Assembly (NCBI GenBank): GCA_910592345.1
Contig: CAJVPI010000078.1
Coordinates: 1 to 59,851 of the forward strand
Direction of reading: 5' to 3'
Length of the DNA stretch: 59,851 bases
From: Paraglomus brasilianum
Lineage: Eukaryota
Part shown: positions 1 to 14,866 of the stretch, piece after piece
Numbering within the stretch: the first letter of the stretch is position 1
How the letters are laid out: each line of letters begins with the position of its first letter
Notes under the pieces: model-generated
Seen by the model: only the letters and a program-made list of their open reading frames with translations
The model's database searches: none
What the model was told of the DNA's origin: nothing
Made by a program: the position numbers and the translations under genes

Positions 1-271
1 TCAACAAGAAAAGAACTCGTTCAAAAGAAAATTCATTGATCATGTAGGAATCACTGTCTAGTACCATTTTAACGTCATTACGAGAAGGGTGATAAATGAC
101 AGGAATGTGATGATTGGCAGCATAATGACATCCCAATTTCTATGCTCATCAATGCATTCTAAATAATGGTACAATTTCGAGGCGTTAAGAAAGATCTATG
201 GATTTGAGAGAAAAAGCAGAATTAGAACATACCAAAAAAGCAATACATCGCACATCCAAACCACCTTACTA

Positions 272-671
272 TGTCTACTCTACCCTATGTACACTACTCT
301 ATGTCCTCACGCTCGAGTCACATATGCATCAATGAGAGAAGGTGAGGGATGGAAATAAGTAGATTTGTTAAGTGAGAAGATAAAAGAAATGAAGGTAGGT
401 GACAGGAAAAAAAGGCAATAATCAGTTATTAAGAAATTAAAAAAGCAATAAGCAATAACAAGGGTAAAGAGAGTGGCTAAAAATTGTCATTTCGAAAACA
501 TATCTTGGGTGGCTGATAATCATTAGCGAAAGGGCAAAGTAGTTTGATTGGTTGGGTTAAGCAACGAAATGATATTGATAAGAGATAAAAGAGAAGGTGT
601 GATAAAAACTATATTAACCGTGTCTACTCTACTCTATGTACACTACTCTATGTCCCAACGCCCGAGTCACA
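272..671 (+). repeat. Pair of 51-bp direct repeats (272-322 and 621-671)
   Basis: tgtctactctac(c/t)ctatgtacactactctatgtcc..acgc(t/c)cgagtcaca occurs twice with 4 mismatches, 349 bp apart. Confidence 0.85.
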
Positions 672-2136
672 AAGTCATTACCTGGCTGCCCTCGCGCATG
701 CGTAGCAGGATAATGGCCACACACGTCACAGCTCAAGTCATCCTCTTGTTAGGCGCGAACTCCTCGCAAGCGCATTTCTGGGTGCGACATTTGTCTCGGA
801 AGATGCCGTCACAGTCTTTCATTCTGATGGAAAGATGTGCTACGCGGTGAGATCTAATATACCGACACCAATCAGTGGCAATAAAACAATACATTGTTTA
901 AACTAACAAAACAATCTACAAAAAATGCTTACATTCACAAGCGAATTCTTTTTGGAGTATTTATTGGCTTCGTTCTCGGCATGTTGCTCAATAGCATAAT
1001 TTATAATAGCCAACTGCACAACAGGGGACCAAGACTATAAAGTCCAGAAAGTTATCAAAACCGAAAGCAAAACTTATTCGCCAGATATTGGCAATAACGC
1101 CTTTTCTTTCGCATAATTTGTGGGATTTTATAACCATTTGTTAAACAAAACTCAGCATTTTATCAAATAACTTATTAAAATCTTTCCATAATTGTGTTAT
1201 ATTTTCGCTTAATGATCGGCTGGTATTTCAATTTGTAGAAGAGGAAAGATTTTATAATTTGAATTACTTTTCATATTTTAATACGATAATGGTTTGCTGG
1301 TTAGAATAAAAGTCGGATGAATATGTCCCTCATTGCTGATAAAGAACCTATGGACAAATTTGTCCTGAATTTGACGTCTTATTAATAATAATCCACCAAT
1401 AGTAAAAAAAAAACCAGTTATTTGGTTTATGTCTCTAGTTTTCGTTTTTTTCTTGGCTCATCATAAGTTGGGTTTAAGGTTCGCTTATTGTTTATTATTT
1501 TTCTTTCTTCTTGGTAAATTTCATGAGTGAATTTTTCTTTATCTATAGATACTGCTCGAGAATTTTGGTATCATTGATTTTAAAAACATATTAATATGGA
1601 GCAAATTTTTCTCCCTGAGCTTTTTTTAAAATGCTTCTAATAGTGCTGGGTTCTATAGTGGATTTAATGTAAATTAGTTTCATATTATATTTTTATATAG
1701 AGATAGCCCTATATTAAGCATGCTATAACTTCAAGTAAAAAGTTTTATGATGAGATTTAAAAAATTAGTTGTATGATCCACTAAACCAAAGCCTTCCTAA
1801 AATTTCCAGCCACATAGCCATTTTTAACTCACATATAGTCAAATGTTTACTTTGTCTGGTTTTGTTGCAGTCTGCCCCAAATATTAATATTAAGGCAAAA
1901 AATTTTATTAATGGCTAAAGTGCAGATGGCATAATAATAATAATAACAAAGTTAAGGTCAAAATTAGGCCTACAACTAAAGTATAATTTGGGCATGATCC
2001 ACAGCTATAAATAAGCCTCACCAGTATTTTGAGTTCATAGGCAATATTAATATTTCTACTCACGCCCGAAGCACACATCACGTGTTGCTAAGGGTTTTAT
2101 GAAATTCGGACTATTGGAAGAGGGCGTGTATCAAAT

Positions 2137-3914
2137 ATGGGCGATAAAAACGTTCGAAAAAAGGTACGAAGTCAAATACTGTCTGGTGACTGTTGTCGAT
2201 AAGGTCGTCAATGCATACCGTGTCATATCAGTAGAGAAAAAGATCAAAAGAAGAAACCACCTCCAACTCCCAAAGCACGAAGGTTGCCGAGATAAACTAC
2301 CATAAACCTAGTGCAATCGCAAAACCTCATGTAAGAGGAAGGAAGCATACGGTTAGCGTAGCATTGCCAGGATCTATAATTGAGAACGCTCAATCCCTTG
2401 AGTTGAAGACGCTTCTGGCTGGGCAGGTAACCGTACAAATTGAGCGATGCAAATTTATGTTAGAAAAATCTATACCAGATACTCTTTAACTGTTTCTTTG
2501 AGTGTCAAGTGAATGTGAATTTTATTAACCATTTGCTATATATATATGTATATATATGTATATGCATATATATTATTCTATTTACAGCTTGCGCGAGCAT
2601 TTGCAATTTTTAACGTTGACGAAGTCGTAATTTTCAATGAATCGATACATAAAACCAACCGCGCCGTTGAATCGCCTAATACTTCTGACGCATCTACAAA
2701 CCCAAACGTGTTTCTCGCGCGAATATTTCAATACTTGGAAACGCCACAGTGAGTTTTAAACTTGCAGGTAGAGATCTTATCAAGGAATTCGAGATTTCTT
2801 AAAACAAATCGCGATGTATAGGTATTTGAGGAAATCCCTTTTTCCCGTTCACAAGGACTTGCAATATGCAGGTATTTAATAGTCATTCTTATAGGAGTGG
2901 TTGGCATAGCTGATGCTTTTGGTGACTTGCTTAATATCACTGTAGGTTTACTGAACCCACTAGATTGTCCACATCACGTGAGACAGGAAGAAAAGAGTCC
3001 ATTTCGCGAAGGTGTCGTAATTGAAAAAAAGCCACCGAGCGGTGATGGAGCGCTTGTCAATGCCGGATTAAAAAAGGTGAACTGTTATGATATTTTCGCA
3101 TACAGTAATGTATCTGACCGTTTTTATATGTTGATAGTATGTTCAGATTCAACGTAAGGTGAAGCCGGGCGTACGCGTCACTTTGGATATGCAGAATTAC
3201 TCAACGCGTAAGCTGTCACACCTTTTTTTGGTGAAATGCGGAAGATCGAAACAACCTGTTAAATTATGTCAATGCTTACTATTATAGAAGCCAAGTATTA
3301 TCAAGCACTTGTTGTGTCGCCGAAAACTCCACGTGAAGTTGCTGGGTTATATTGGGGTTACGACATAAGAATGGCGGATTCAATATCCAAAGTATTCACA
3401 CATTCTCCATATCCAGTAAGTCTTCGAATTGAGTATTTTCAATTTCTACAAACCATCAAGCTGATTGATATGTATGCAGGGAGGCTATGATGTAACAATC
3501 GGAACATCAGAACGAGGACTATCAATTGATGATGCGTTGAGCGGGATACCAGAATTCAAGTATGACAAGCGGGTATAGTGGGGAATTTGTCTAACTTTTG
3601 TTAATCGCTCTACTTGTTTCTTCAGCCACTTGCTGGTAGTATTTGGCGGTTTGGGCGGATTGGAGGCTGCTATTGACGCGGATGATGATTTGAAATGCTC
3701 GGCGGAGGATGCCGACGCGCTATTTGATTTCTGGGTCAATACTTGTCCAAATCAAGGAAGCAGAACCATTCGAACGGAGGTTGCATCGTAATTCTGAAAT
3801 GTTGTGAACAAAATGCTTAATATAAATTATGTTCTAATAATAATTTCTCAGGAATCAATACTGATTACGATGTCTTCGCTTCGGTCAGCGATTTGTCAGA
3901 AAGGTAGAATGTAA
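2137..3914 (+). CDS. SPOUT1: SPOUT-family RNA methyltransferase, SPOUT1/C9orf114 (DUF171) homolog, multi-exon
   Basis: Spliced translation gives HTVSVALPGSIIENAQSLELKTLLAGQ|LARAFAIFNVDEVVIF, FQYLETPQYLRKSLFPVHKDLQYAGLLNPLDCPHH, GLYWGYDIR, YDVTIGTSERG, LLVVFGG, NTCPNQGSRTIRTEESILI. Introns are GT-AG and the stop is TAA 3912-3914. The start codon is inferred. Confidence 0.9.
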
Positions 3915-4281
3915 TTATCCGATCTGAATAAACGGTTAGTAAGAGAGTATTCGGTGGGATTTGCAATCCCAATGATATACTAATACAAAATTCTTCTCTT
4001 CACAGCTGACATGCAATTGGAATATAATTTTAGGCCAAAGCCACCTAATAGCAATTTTCATTTGTACATATTTTTGCGAGACGTTAATGTTAGATGGCCA
4101 CAATAACTTTCCGCCAATCCCTTTCAATAGATATTAACTTGCATACTCGTCTTTTTTAATGGCAACGTCATCCATAAACAATACTTTTAAGCTAAGCAGA
4201 GTTCTAAATTGAAGTGATATGTCACTTTATTGGGCAATACAATAAGATCATCCAGGACACTGTATAGGAGTGCCAGATTGT

Positions 4282-7200
4282 TTATTTCTTCCCAACAATA
4301 GCTTTGAGAACAATCCATGCGCCTTTCTTACTACAAAGATCGTTATCCTCTGAGCAAACAGGACTAGTCACACCTGCAACAAACCGCAAACATCAGTACA
4401 ATGCCATGGGGGATACTATAAATGTCATTGAAATATCTTACATTGCGGACATCCTTCTTCACATGGGCAACTCTCTACAGTTTGCAAGGCTTGATTCATC
4501 AGACTTGCAATGAACTGAAATGCTTGTCTAGTTATCCCGGTTCCGTGCCCGTTTGTATCGTAGAGTATAATTCTGTCAACGGGAATTGTTTTTTCTTTTA
4601 TTGCAGTTTCGCAAATAACGTGCTTGAAAAATTGTTCTTGTAAAACTCACCGTGCGGGCCGGGGTCTCGTCGCATGAGGACTCTTACATTCAGTTCTTAC
4701 ATCGCCGAGTATGGAATAGACATACGAGGGCAAGAGTGACATCAAGCAATGAGATGCCGCATGTACGCTTGCTTCTACATCCAATTCCATAGATCTGATC
4801 AACTCAACTGCAGACGGAGGTACCTTAACAGAACATTCAAGTTGATTATCCATCTAATTGTCTGCCGCCGGCAACAAAATTGGTTTACTACCTCCATCCA
4901 TAATCCACAAGTTTTGCGGACAAGTGGTGGCATATTAAGATCAACCTTCTCGAATAGTTTGTTTTTACGATTGATTTTCCAATATCCAAAGACAGTTGTC
5001 GATACTGTGAATATGGTACATCTATCAGTTGAAATATCAATACCACCGGCAAGCTATTTTTTCGGCTTTACCTCTTAATGATCCATAATAGGCTAAATTT
5101 CCTGATTGACCAATATATTTCGTGTTGTGTGTCTCTATCGGGTCCACATCACTACGAACCAATAGTTGTTGTAAGCTATGAGGCGGACATGGATAGGAAA
5201 ACATATCTTTCAAAACTCACGTGTAATCCCTATTCAGTTTTTACAAGTTGATCCATGTCAGTAACTGAGATCAAAACGCAAACAGGTTAATTGTCGACAA
5301 GATACCTTTGTCTTGTGTGCCAATCAACGTTAGTCGCCACCACTATTGCATATTTCTTATCGACATTTAGCTCTTTTACGAGATACGTAATTCCTTGATG
5401 AAAGAATATCGCACCTAGAAGACGTGATAGTGTTACTACATACAGTATACGCAACACCCTCAACCATCCATGGTCATCGCGCCTTACCCTCGTATATAGA
5501 GAAAATAGCCCTTGACACCTCAATTTCTTCCAATAAAGTATTTCGATCATTTGTAGTGTCAATCACCACATATACTTCATCTCCAATACCTCTAATATTC
5601 ACATGCGAGCTTGGATACGGTCGATACTTTGGATGACAATGATAAAATCCTTCACCATCCTCCACCAGACACTCTTGACATAACTTCTCCAATCCGTTGC
5701 CGAAATACTTGCAATCCAATACGGGATATATGGGCATTTCATGCGCTGCACATTGAAGATGAGATCCAAGAATCAAATTGTTCTCTACGTCAATATTAAG
5801 ATTTGCGTTTGGTTTGGTAAATAATTCATCCGGATTTCGCATGTAGTGTTGATCAAGTGGATGGGAATCTCCAACAAGTATGGATAAAGAATCTTTGTTT
5901 CTTCTGCCAGCCCTGCCAGATTGTTGGCGCTGTTGATGGTATGGTATTAAAACAGAGGTGAATATGCAACATATGGCAGGCATCGATATGGTATCATACC
6001 AAGGCAGATATCGTCCAGGGGAATCCCATAGTAATAACGGCGTCTACAATGAGTGTGAGGTCACTATAAGAAAATATAGAAAGACATATAGCAGTAGAAG
6101 GTGGTACTAACCTAGCGTGCCAATATCAATACCTAATTCCAAAGCACTGGTGGCGATAATAGCCAGGAGCTCTCCCTTGAACATCTGCTGCTCTATCCGT
6201 CGGCGATCCTATTATACGAAAGAAAATGAGACAAGCAAATCAAAAGTATCTGTCTCTAAATTTGCGTTCAGAAGGGTAAAACCTGAGGCGTGTAACCAGC
6301 CCTATACGACATGACTCGCGACGCAAGTTCGGATTTATTTGACGAGTTGAGTTGATCTCGAACTTCTTTTAGCAGCATTTCGCAAGCTTTGCGTACCTAG
6401 AAAGAGAAATGTTATGCACAATACAGTCCCCGTGGAAATCGGTTCATCGTTTTACGCGTTCTTTAGTTACCTTGCAAAATGCTATGGTTCTAACGCCACG
6501 CGAAATCAAAAAGTCGATTAGCTTTGCAGTCTCTGTGATTGAACTATGTCGTCCTTGTGTTTTGTCACTATTATCAACAAGTGCTGGATTCCATACGAGA
6601 TGGACCTAGTCATTGCGATACTTCATTAAATCGTTGAAAATTGCAAATAAGCTAACCGCAGTATGCCATACCTTTCTTCCGCACGGTGAACCGTCCACGG
6701 ATATTAACCGAATGTTGTCGATACCAAAAATTGCTTTCATATGCTACATAATAATAACAGATTATGAACAAACAATCCACAGGTTGTCTGTTTCTTCTTA
6801 ATATATTATGATCAGCTACCTCTTCGGGATTTGCTACAGTTGCACTACATGAAACAAACTGAATGTTAGGATTGCCAAAGGTCGCGCAAAGTCGACGAAG
6901 ACGACGCATGACTAGTGCGATATGTGATCCGAATAGGCCGTTATACACATGTAGTTCTACAAGTTTAAACAAGATATGTACTCTGTTTATTACAAATGGT
7001 TTATATATATAAACAAAAAAGTGAAGTTATGCAATCGTACCATCAACTACAACATATCTTAGATTCGCGAAAAACGATCTCCACCGAATCTCATGAGGTA
7101 AAATTGCAATATGTAACATATCCGGATTCGTAAAGATTATCCTCGCATTTTCTCTTACGTTTGCCCGCTCTTCCCATGGTGTGTCCCCATCAAATGCAGC

Positions 7201-8808
7201 GATCTAGATACATTATACAATTGTAACATTCATATTATAAAGGTTGATTTTGTACATAGTAGATTGTCTATTTCAGAACGAGACTGTACTTGAGTATTTT
7301 GTAAACAAGGAATAGCCGAGAGGAGCTCTTGAAGAGCGCGTTTCTGGTCTTGCGCGAGTGCTTTCGTTGGAAACACGTACATAGCACGCGCGTCACGGTC
7401 TGTTTGTAATGCTTGAAGGACTGGAATTTGATACACTAAAGATTTACCACTATCAAGGAACACGCTCATTAGCAAAAAGTACGTGGTATTTGAATAAACA
7501 ATAAAACAAATAACGACATTACCTTGACGTAGACGTTGATACTATTACGTTATAGCCCTCGTTTAGAGCATTAATTGCTTGTGCCTGGTGAACGTAAAAT
7601 TTGCTTATGCCCTTGATTTGCAAGAGAGCGACTCGCATTTCCTGCGACAAAGGTACAGTGAGCTCACCTAATGTCGGCAATGTGTGTCAGTAGACGGGAC
7701 TAAATCGTCAAGATGATCAACAAAGATGCAATATCGAACCATATTCAGCAAGTCTTTCATCAAGGATTCGACAACCATCGGGTACTATCTGATCGTGGTA
7801 GAATGGTTGCTTCTTTAATTCTTGAATCAGATCGTCAATTGTTGTCTGCTTTTTATCAGTTGTAATCGGTTCGAGAGATGACCCCGAATTTTTCTCTCCA
7901 GGATTCGCTGGTAAATATTGACGCGACAGGACGCTAATACGCTCTACAGGATCTATTTGCTGAGTGAACGTGAAAGAGTCATAATGATTTCTCGCTGATC
8001 AATCCATAAAGACGCGGATGGTTTTCAATACCTTTTTGCTGCATTCATCAAGAAATTCAATGACTGCTGTTTGAAATTTCAGGTCTCTCTTCTCGATTAC
8101 TTGAGCTAAGGAAGCCGTGTTATATGTGGGCGACGCGTCCTCTGCTTTTTTATTTCTAATTGAGCATTCGCTGTCATGTTAATAAATAATCTTCAAGCCA
8201 ACTATTGGTTCGCCTTATGTGATCTTTACCGTTTCTTAACTGCTTGTTGCGGATCTCCGTCCAAAAATTCTATCAAAAGATCAAAAGAATGTTTTGAAGA
8301 ATGTAACTCGTACGAGTCATCCACTTTGTGGCTCCCAACTTTTTTCAACATTGTCTCTTTATCGGTATACATAAAAGAGATCATGGTCGGGACAAGAGCT
8401 CTTATTTCCGCCAAGTTTTCAATGGAAAGTGTCCTTGTAATTAATAATCAAGTTAAAAATTATTTAATATATGATCCAATAAACATGCAAAGGTAAGTAC
8501 TTTTTTGTTAAATTTTCGACCGATGCTTTTATAGTCTCGAAAGTTATCGCGATATGCTTCCGTGTACAGCAAAATGTATATACCGTGTTTAACGACTTGA
8601 ATACTTTATTTAATTCCTGAAAATATTGTGGCCAAGCACGATATGCTGAGACTTTGTCGTTCTTGGGCTTCTTAGCTGGTCTATGTGGCTGAGTGGTCTT
8701 TTCGCAAGCTTGTAATGACGCGTTATTGGTCTTGCCATGTCTTTTATTTGAAGCAGATTTTGACTTTGGTCTATGCGAATTCACGAGATTGTCTTTGTCG
8801 CGGTCCAT
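4282..8808 (-). CDS. HRQ1: Hrq1/RecQ4-like DEAH helicase with C-terminal DUF1998 Zn-binding region, multi-exon
   Basis: Motifs [79 protein letters not shown] and Cys-rich [18 protein letters not shown]. Stop TAA 4282-4284. The start at MDRDKD is inferred. Confidence 0.92.
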
Positions 8809-9718
8809 AATAATAATTAGGCGTCTGTACAATCATCTGACTATGTGTACATTTTATTGGTCATGTGTTTGCACGATTCATTACTTGAACGCTGTATTTA
8901 GAAGTTCATTAATCATTGCTGTTTTGAATGACGTTGCCCTCATCGACATATCAAGTTTAAACATTGGGGTAACTGCCGTAACTGTCTTTTTCTAGTGACC
9001 CAAATAAATAAATGTATGTAATATGATATGTAGCCATGACATCATATCTTATAGATATTCCCTTTTATGGTATAATCATAGACTTTCAAATTTGGAGATT
9101 GAGTTTTCGAGGTCCAAATTTGGAGATTGAGAATTAGTGTGTGAACATTCCCTTGGTTTATAGAATACGTCAGATAACGATTCAGGTGCTTTGTAGGAAA
9201 TGTTTACTGTCAAGTTGCACCTGGTCATTAGCCAGAGAGGATTATCAATTAGATTTACCATGTCAGATTAGATGAATAAAGAGTGGTGTGGGACAATGAT
9301 CGCATACCGGTAGATCATCTTCATCAAAGGATTAGATGGTTAACATACTCCACATTTGCCCTGTGACCATCGAGGCATTGGACGAGTTGCTCAAACTTCG
9401 ATATACAAACACAAAGATTTCAATATTTAATTAATTTGACTAAAAGTTTTTAGTGTACAATAGAAATAGTAATAGATATAGCATAGTAACAATGTTATTA
9501 CTGTTACTAAACCGACATTTCTTTTCTATTCGCTGGAACTAAATACATTACGGGCTGATTTATTAAATAATCAGCCGCAGGGCTGTAAATGCCTAACGTA
9601 GTCAACGACGTCTAACTGCACAGAAAAAAAGAGATCATCTATCTATGATCATGTACTGTGTCCCAACACTTTCCCAAGCTAATTGTTCGTTTGGTTGCAA
9701 AGGTATTCCCACTCTAAT

Positions 9719-10854
9719 TCATGCAGAAATCTCTCTCAAAGCAGTCAACATTACTTCACGAGTTCGTGTTGTCAGTTCATCAATTTGTTCTCTATTATTC
9801 TGATCAATTCCCTCTGTTGATATTGGAGGCAAAACTGCATTTGTATGATAATTCTTGTTAGTGCTTGAATGCAAAATAAAGGAACAACGTAATCTCCAAC
9901 ATACTTTTTATAGTGATTTCTCCCCCCGCAAATATTTGTCTTCTCGAATCATATACGTGACTGTAATTAGAGACTACGACAGGTACTATCGGGATTTCGG
10001 CCTGCACAGCGAGGTGGAATGCGCCTTTCTTGAAGGGCAGAAGATCGGCTTCTTGCAAATGACCTCGAGTCCCCTCGGGGAAAATAAAAACACTGACCTG
10101 AATCATGAACATAGGACATTACTTGTCGGATGATGAAGCCAACTAGATAAGAATTGTATATTACCATTAATATTACCTTCTGCTCCTTGATGGTTCTCAC
10201 AGCATCAGCAAATTTTTTCATAGCGTTCTCGTGGTTACTGCGATCCAAGAAAATAGCTCCACCAAGTGTCACTATAATCATAACAAAGGAGTATATCGAT
10301 TAGAAATCATATCAATCTAAATGTCAACGCGGCCGGGAAGTTTGTCTTCACATTAATTCATCAAGTACATGTTTTCGCTATCTAGTTTACCTCCGATCCA
10401 CCATTAGCATGTATGAACAATACTTACTAAACATTCCCAAAAGTGGTACCATTCTAAGAGATGACTTCCCAACCACAACACAGTTTTTGGGGAATATTTT
10501 GCCCATTACAAAAGTGTCTATTCCAGCTTGATGATTACAGACAAAAATTGCGGGCCGTGTTTGCATGTATTCATCGTTCTCAACTTTCAGTGAGATGCCA
10601 ACCAATGGAGCCGCGGATACATAGGCGCGTGCAGTCGCCCAATTTATTTCCTCTCTTCGTCTAAGTATCGTGAATAATATAGCAATTATAGTTCCGTACG
10701 CAGAAAAGACTAGTATAGAAGTCAAATATATACAACCGCGAACAATGAACTGTAATATCCTATTATAACGACTTGCAAAAAAGATCATAGCTAATAAGAG
10801 ACCGCCAATAGCAAACGATCGTGCCATCTCTGAACTGCCGGTGTCCATGCTCAT
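9719..10854 (-). CDS. SLC1: 1-acyl-sn-glycerol-3-phosphate acyltransferase (LPAAT), 4 exons
   Basis: PlsC motifs FVCNHQAGID, GAIFLDR, IFPEGTR, PFKKGAFHLA, IPIVPVV and an N-terminal hydrophobic segment. The last exon VLPPISTEG...LREISA* ends at TGA 9719-9721. Confidence 0.92.
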
Positions 10855-13439
10855 TACAAGATGGGTAAGATCTAAAAAAGTGCGGACGACAGGAATAGAG
10901 GACTTATTCTTATTGATACTATTACTATAATGCGATACTATTGCTATTATACTACTGTGGTGATTATTGATGCCGCATATGAAACCACTTCAGTGTGTTA
11001 GTATTGTAGGGAATTCGGCTATTGTATGACCGTGTTCTAATAGACGCCCGAGTGTTTGATGCCCAACGTGAGAAACAGAACACGGCTTCCCTATGAAAAA
11101 GATGTGACAGACAAAGGTTACTATGCAAATGCGTAGATACATAAATCTGTGCGAGTAAAGAGTGTAAGTAGGATGGATTGCCGAGTGACGAATAAACTGA
11201 AGAAGAGGTCAGGTGGATAACAGTGCATTAATATTAATAGTGATCTGAACCCCCGAGATAAATTATCCCCAAAATATGTGCACTGATTGTCATGCTTTTT
11301 CACATGATTGAAAAAAATGGCAACATCCATCGAATGAATTCAGTTTGTTTACCAAACCCGGCAGTAATTTTCAGGTGCCATTTGTCCATGCATTTGGGCG
11401 CATCTGCCAATATCCTCAATCGAAAGTCTGATAAATCGGGAAAAGTGAACGTAACGCCACGGCTGCCTTAAATTTGAAAGAGCTCCTTAGCACCAAAATA
11501 TTAATACCAAAGATTTCCCTCAATCTCTAACCGATTTGGGTCTATATACCGATTCTTATGGGGCAATGATAATTGCAAAAACGCGAACATATCTGCCAGA
11601 TAAGGCATGTATATGTAAGCCAGTATACTAATTTAAATTTTGAAACAAAGAAGTACAGGGTCTCAATAGACTATGACAACTTTATTTACTCAAACTGAAA
11701 ATTTAATTTACAAGCTTTAAACAGCCACCAGGTTATAGTTATAGACTCTATAGTATTGTAAGAATCTCGACGGGAAAAAAAAATACCCGCGTTATACGTG
11801 GGACGGTTAAAAAGTTTTGAGCTTTTCGCTTTATTTATAAAGAAAGGTTGTGTATTCTTTAATCTCTTCAATTATAATTTTTTATTTCACCATATTAATG
11901 CAACTGTCTGCGCCATCATCTTCGAAGTCTTTAATCCACGATTAACTGTAGCAATAGATGGAGCTTGATCCTGAGTGCAGTTATTAACTCTGTAAATTCT
12001 TCTTTTGACACTTTTCCGGCCGATAAACATTTGAACCCATTATTCTTGTTGAGCAAATTCAGATAATAATATAAACTCTAAAACGACGATTGCCTAAATT
12101 TTTTATATAATTCGACACTTCGTAAACGCTAAACTTCATTAACAGAATTCGTTAACCAATAAATCGTATGTGTTAAATAAAATGGTTTATGCTACTACTA
12201 CCCATGAGATGTGACTGTATAGTAATAGTAATAGTAGATAATATCCCATCTGACATTATCTTAGGTATTAACTTCTATTGAAGCATCAAGCAATAATAGA
12301 TTTGGAAGACAAGAAACTTGTCTTAGGAACTGAGAAACTCACTGAAATGTACTAGTACCGTCGGTTGAAATCACACCCACACGGATATAGAATAGGTAGA
12401 AGTAGTCCAAAACTACCATTATTAGATCTGACCTATTTCAACATGCAAGCATCCAATATGGATACTGCATTGTTCCAAATAACCTGAAAATGCAAAATCG
12501 GCAATACAATTTAAATCAAATATGACATTCGCAATGATGAGCAATTGTAGAAAACATAAATGAGAACTTACATCATTCCTTCTCTAGTTTGTGATTGTCC
12601 AGTCCACTTCTAGATTGTAGGCTGATCCCTGTAAAATTTATTCAATGTATCCAATTAAAATGTAAAGGGGGTATTTTGACTTGTGCTTTTATGATAATGT
12701 AAAAGCACATTAATAAGATTAGAAATTGTAACTGATATTTTTCTTTTATACTACCTATAGTCATTCAAAGATTATGCCAAAAGGAACAAACATCAACTCC
12801 AGGACAACTTACTTACACAGTATCACATGATCCTACCTTTATTTGCGATTATTCTTCTATTTTCCGCGCTTTTATTTAAAAAAATTTTCTATTCAGTCAG
12901 TCAATCACGATGGATTTTGCAGTAAGCATAGAGTACTTACAAAAGTCGGATTTATTACGTTCTATGGTTATCCTATCAACAAAATATACCATCAACTATT
13001 TGTTCCTCTAACCCATTAACCAAGTAATACTGCTAAGGAGTTTTCCATACCATTACTTGGGCCAAGAAATTCTTAAGTAATACGTGTCGAGGAGTTCTCT
13101 TTCCGCAAAAGCGACAAAAAATTTTAGAACAAAAATACCTTCTTTACAAAAGCTTTGCATCCGTTGCATCTAATAAACTTTTTCCTGATAGTATGAATCG
13201 CTTGTTCCACGTTCCAGCGAGAGTATAACATTGTCCTATGAAGGACGGTGAATTAAGGGGCGATTTTTCGTAGCAAAAAATTGGCATACGACAAAGGTTA
13301 CGATAAGCATTCTAAAAGAACTATCAGAATGAAGCATGATCGGTATCTGGAAGCTCTCTTATTTTGCATCGCGTAAGAAATACATGTGGCTCTCGATATA
13401 AGAAAGTGATCGGGTCCTTTCTTACGGGAATTGTTTGTT

Positions 13440-14090
13440 GTAAGATTTTAAATTGTCTTTCTTATACCGAAAGTGTTGGCAGGTGTCACATAAATCCATA
13501 ATTTGAATGTAAGGCGTTAGTTTGGAACGCATCATATTTTAACAACTATCCTCTTCAAGACCTACAATGAAATCTCGATAAACCGAGTAATTCGGTTGGC
13601 ATTTCTACCAGGACTTGGCAATCCATTGAGTTTTCGAGAAAATTCTTCACAGCGGCAGCAACGGTTATATCAATAGTTATTTTGGTTTTCCATCGCGGCG
13701 TTACCATGAACACGCGGTATTATACCATTCGTCACCAAGTGATTTCGAAGTGCGCGCGGCGAACTAACATATTGAGATACGTTTTTTGATAAAGTGTCGT
13801 ACTCGATCTCAACAGTAAAACGTTCGCTTATTAGTACGCGTATTGTTTTTAAGACGTCAACTGGCAGTTATTTCTCCGCCATTCATCGCTTTCAGCTGAG
13901 CCATTAAAAATATATCTAGAGAGGGCTTGAAACGGTTCACGTAACTCGGCAAAATTTTCTCTCGGAATCATTTTCGAGCAGCCACAATTGCAACCTAACT
14001 CCAAGAAACGCATGGCTTTTTCATATTCGGTGGAACCGTTGTAATTATTATTATTCATATACGGATAAATTTTACGCTTCACTAGTTTTG
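13440..14090 (-). mobile_element. Degenerate Cys-rich DNA-transposase fragment, copy A (DUF7869/Sola-like is an inference)
   Basis: Frameshifted translation gives GCNCGC..FAELRE.FQALSR, PRVHGN, VKNFLEN, GLPSPGRN, LTPYIQIM, DLCDTCQHFR. It is homologous to 47165-47720. Confidence 0.6.
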
Positions 14091-14866
14091 TTTATTTTAC
14101 TGAATTTCTTTCGTCCGTTATTGTTATTATTTGTATTGATGATCAGTGGTATGCAAAAATTCATTCAACCGGGTTACCAATCAATCATAGCATCGAAAAC
14201 TGATAAGTATAAAAAAGGATAGCTTGTTTATATTTAACCGTTTGCTGAGCGGGTATAGAGAATGTGCTTAGTGTGAAAGACTTATTTATTTAGACTTAGT
14301 AATAATTTTATAATAATAAGCCTAGCTCAGCTGGAGAACATTGTTACAGTATCAAACACACTGAAAGTATGATTGATACCTGTAGGATAACTAGCAATCC
14401 ATTAACAATGATAACCTTAATACAGTAGTTAATACAGCCTTCGACTTTCAATGCTACTAATGACGTGAATATACAAACCATTTGCACTTTATCGGGCAAA
14501 GTGAGGACATCTCTCAATTTGAGGGATCATTTGTGCTATCATAGAGGCTAGCTTCAATCTTTCCTATAATCTCTTCTTGTTCCATAAGTTCGTCCTAGTA
14601 TATATAGTAAGTACTGGTACTATCATCTCATGCTGATACTCTAGAAATACACGGAAAATCGATGTAATTCGATCACCTATTGACCATAGGTAAAGCAACC
14701 ACATTTAATGGGTATTGCAACATGCTAATCAATATTCAGAAAGTCTATGCCATTGAATTCTCATATGGAATAAGCAGATTTCTTTGACAGACATCCAAGA
14801 ACTATTTTGTTTAATAGGCAAACACAGTAGAATGCAATACTCTCAAAACACAAAGTAAAAGTAAAA

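Noticed and set aside
548..850. 100-aa ORF and similar short intergenic ORFs in the track
   Set aside because: Non-ATG start, no recognisable domain, and it overlaps repeat DNA
5230..5305. HRQ1 intron starting GTATCT as a possible U12-type intron
   Set aside because: The donor is GTATCTTG rather than GTATCCTT, and a U2-type branch site (tactgac) is present
14319..14400. tagctcagctgg resembling a tRNA D-arm/A-box
   Set aside because: No T-arm (GTTCGA) or acceptor stem follows
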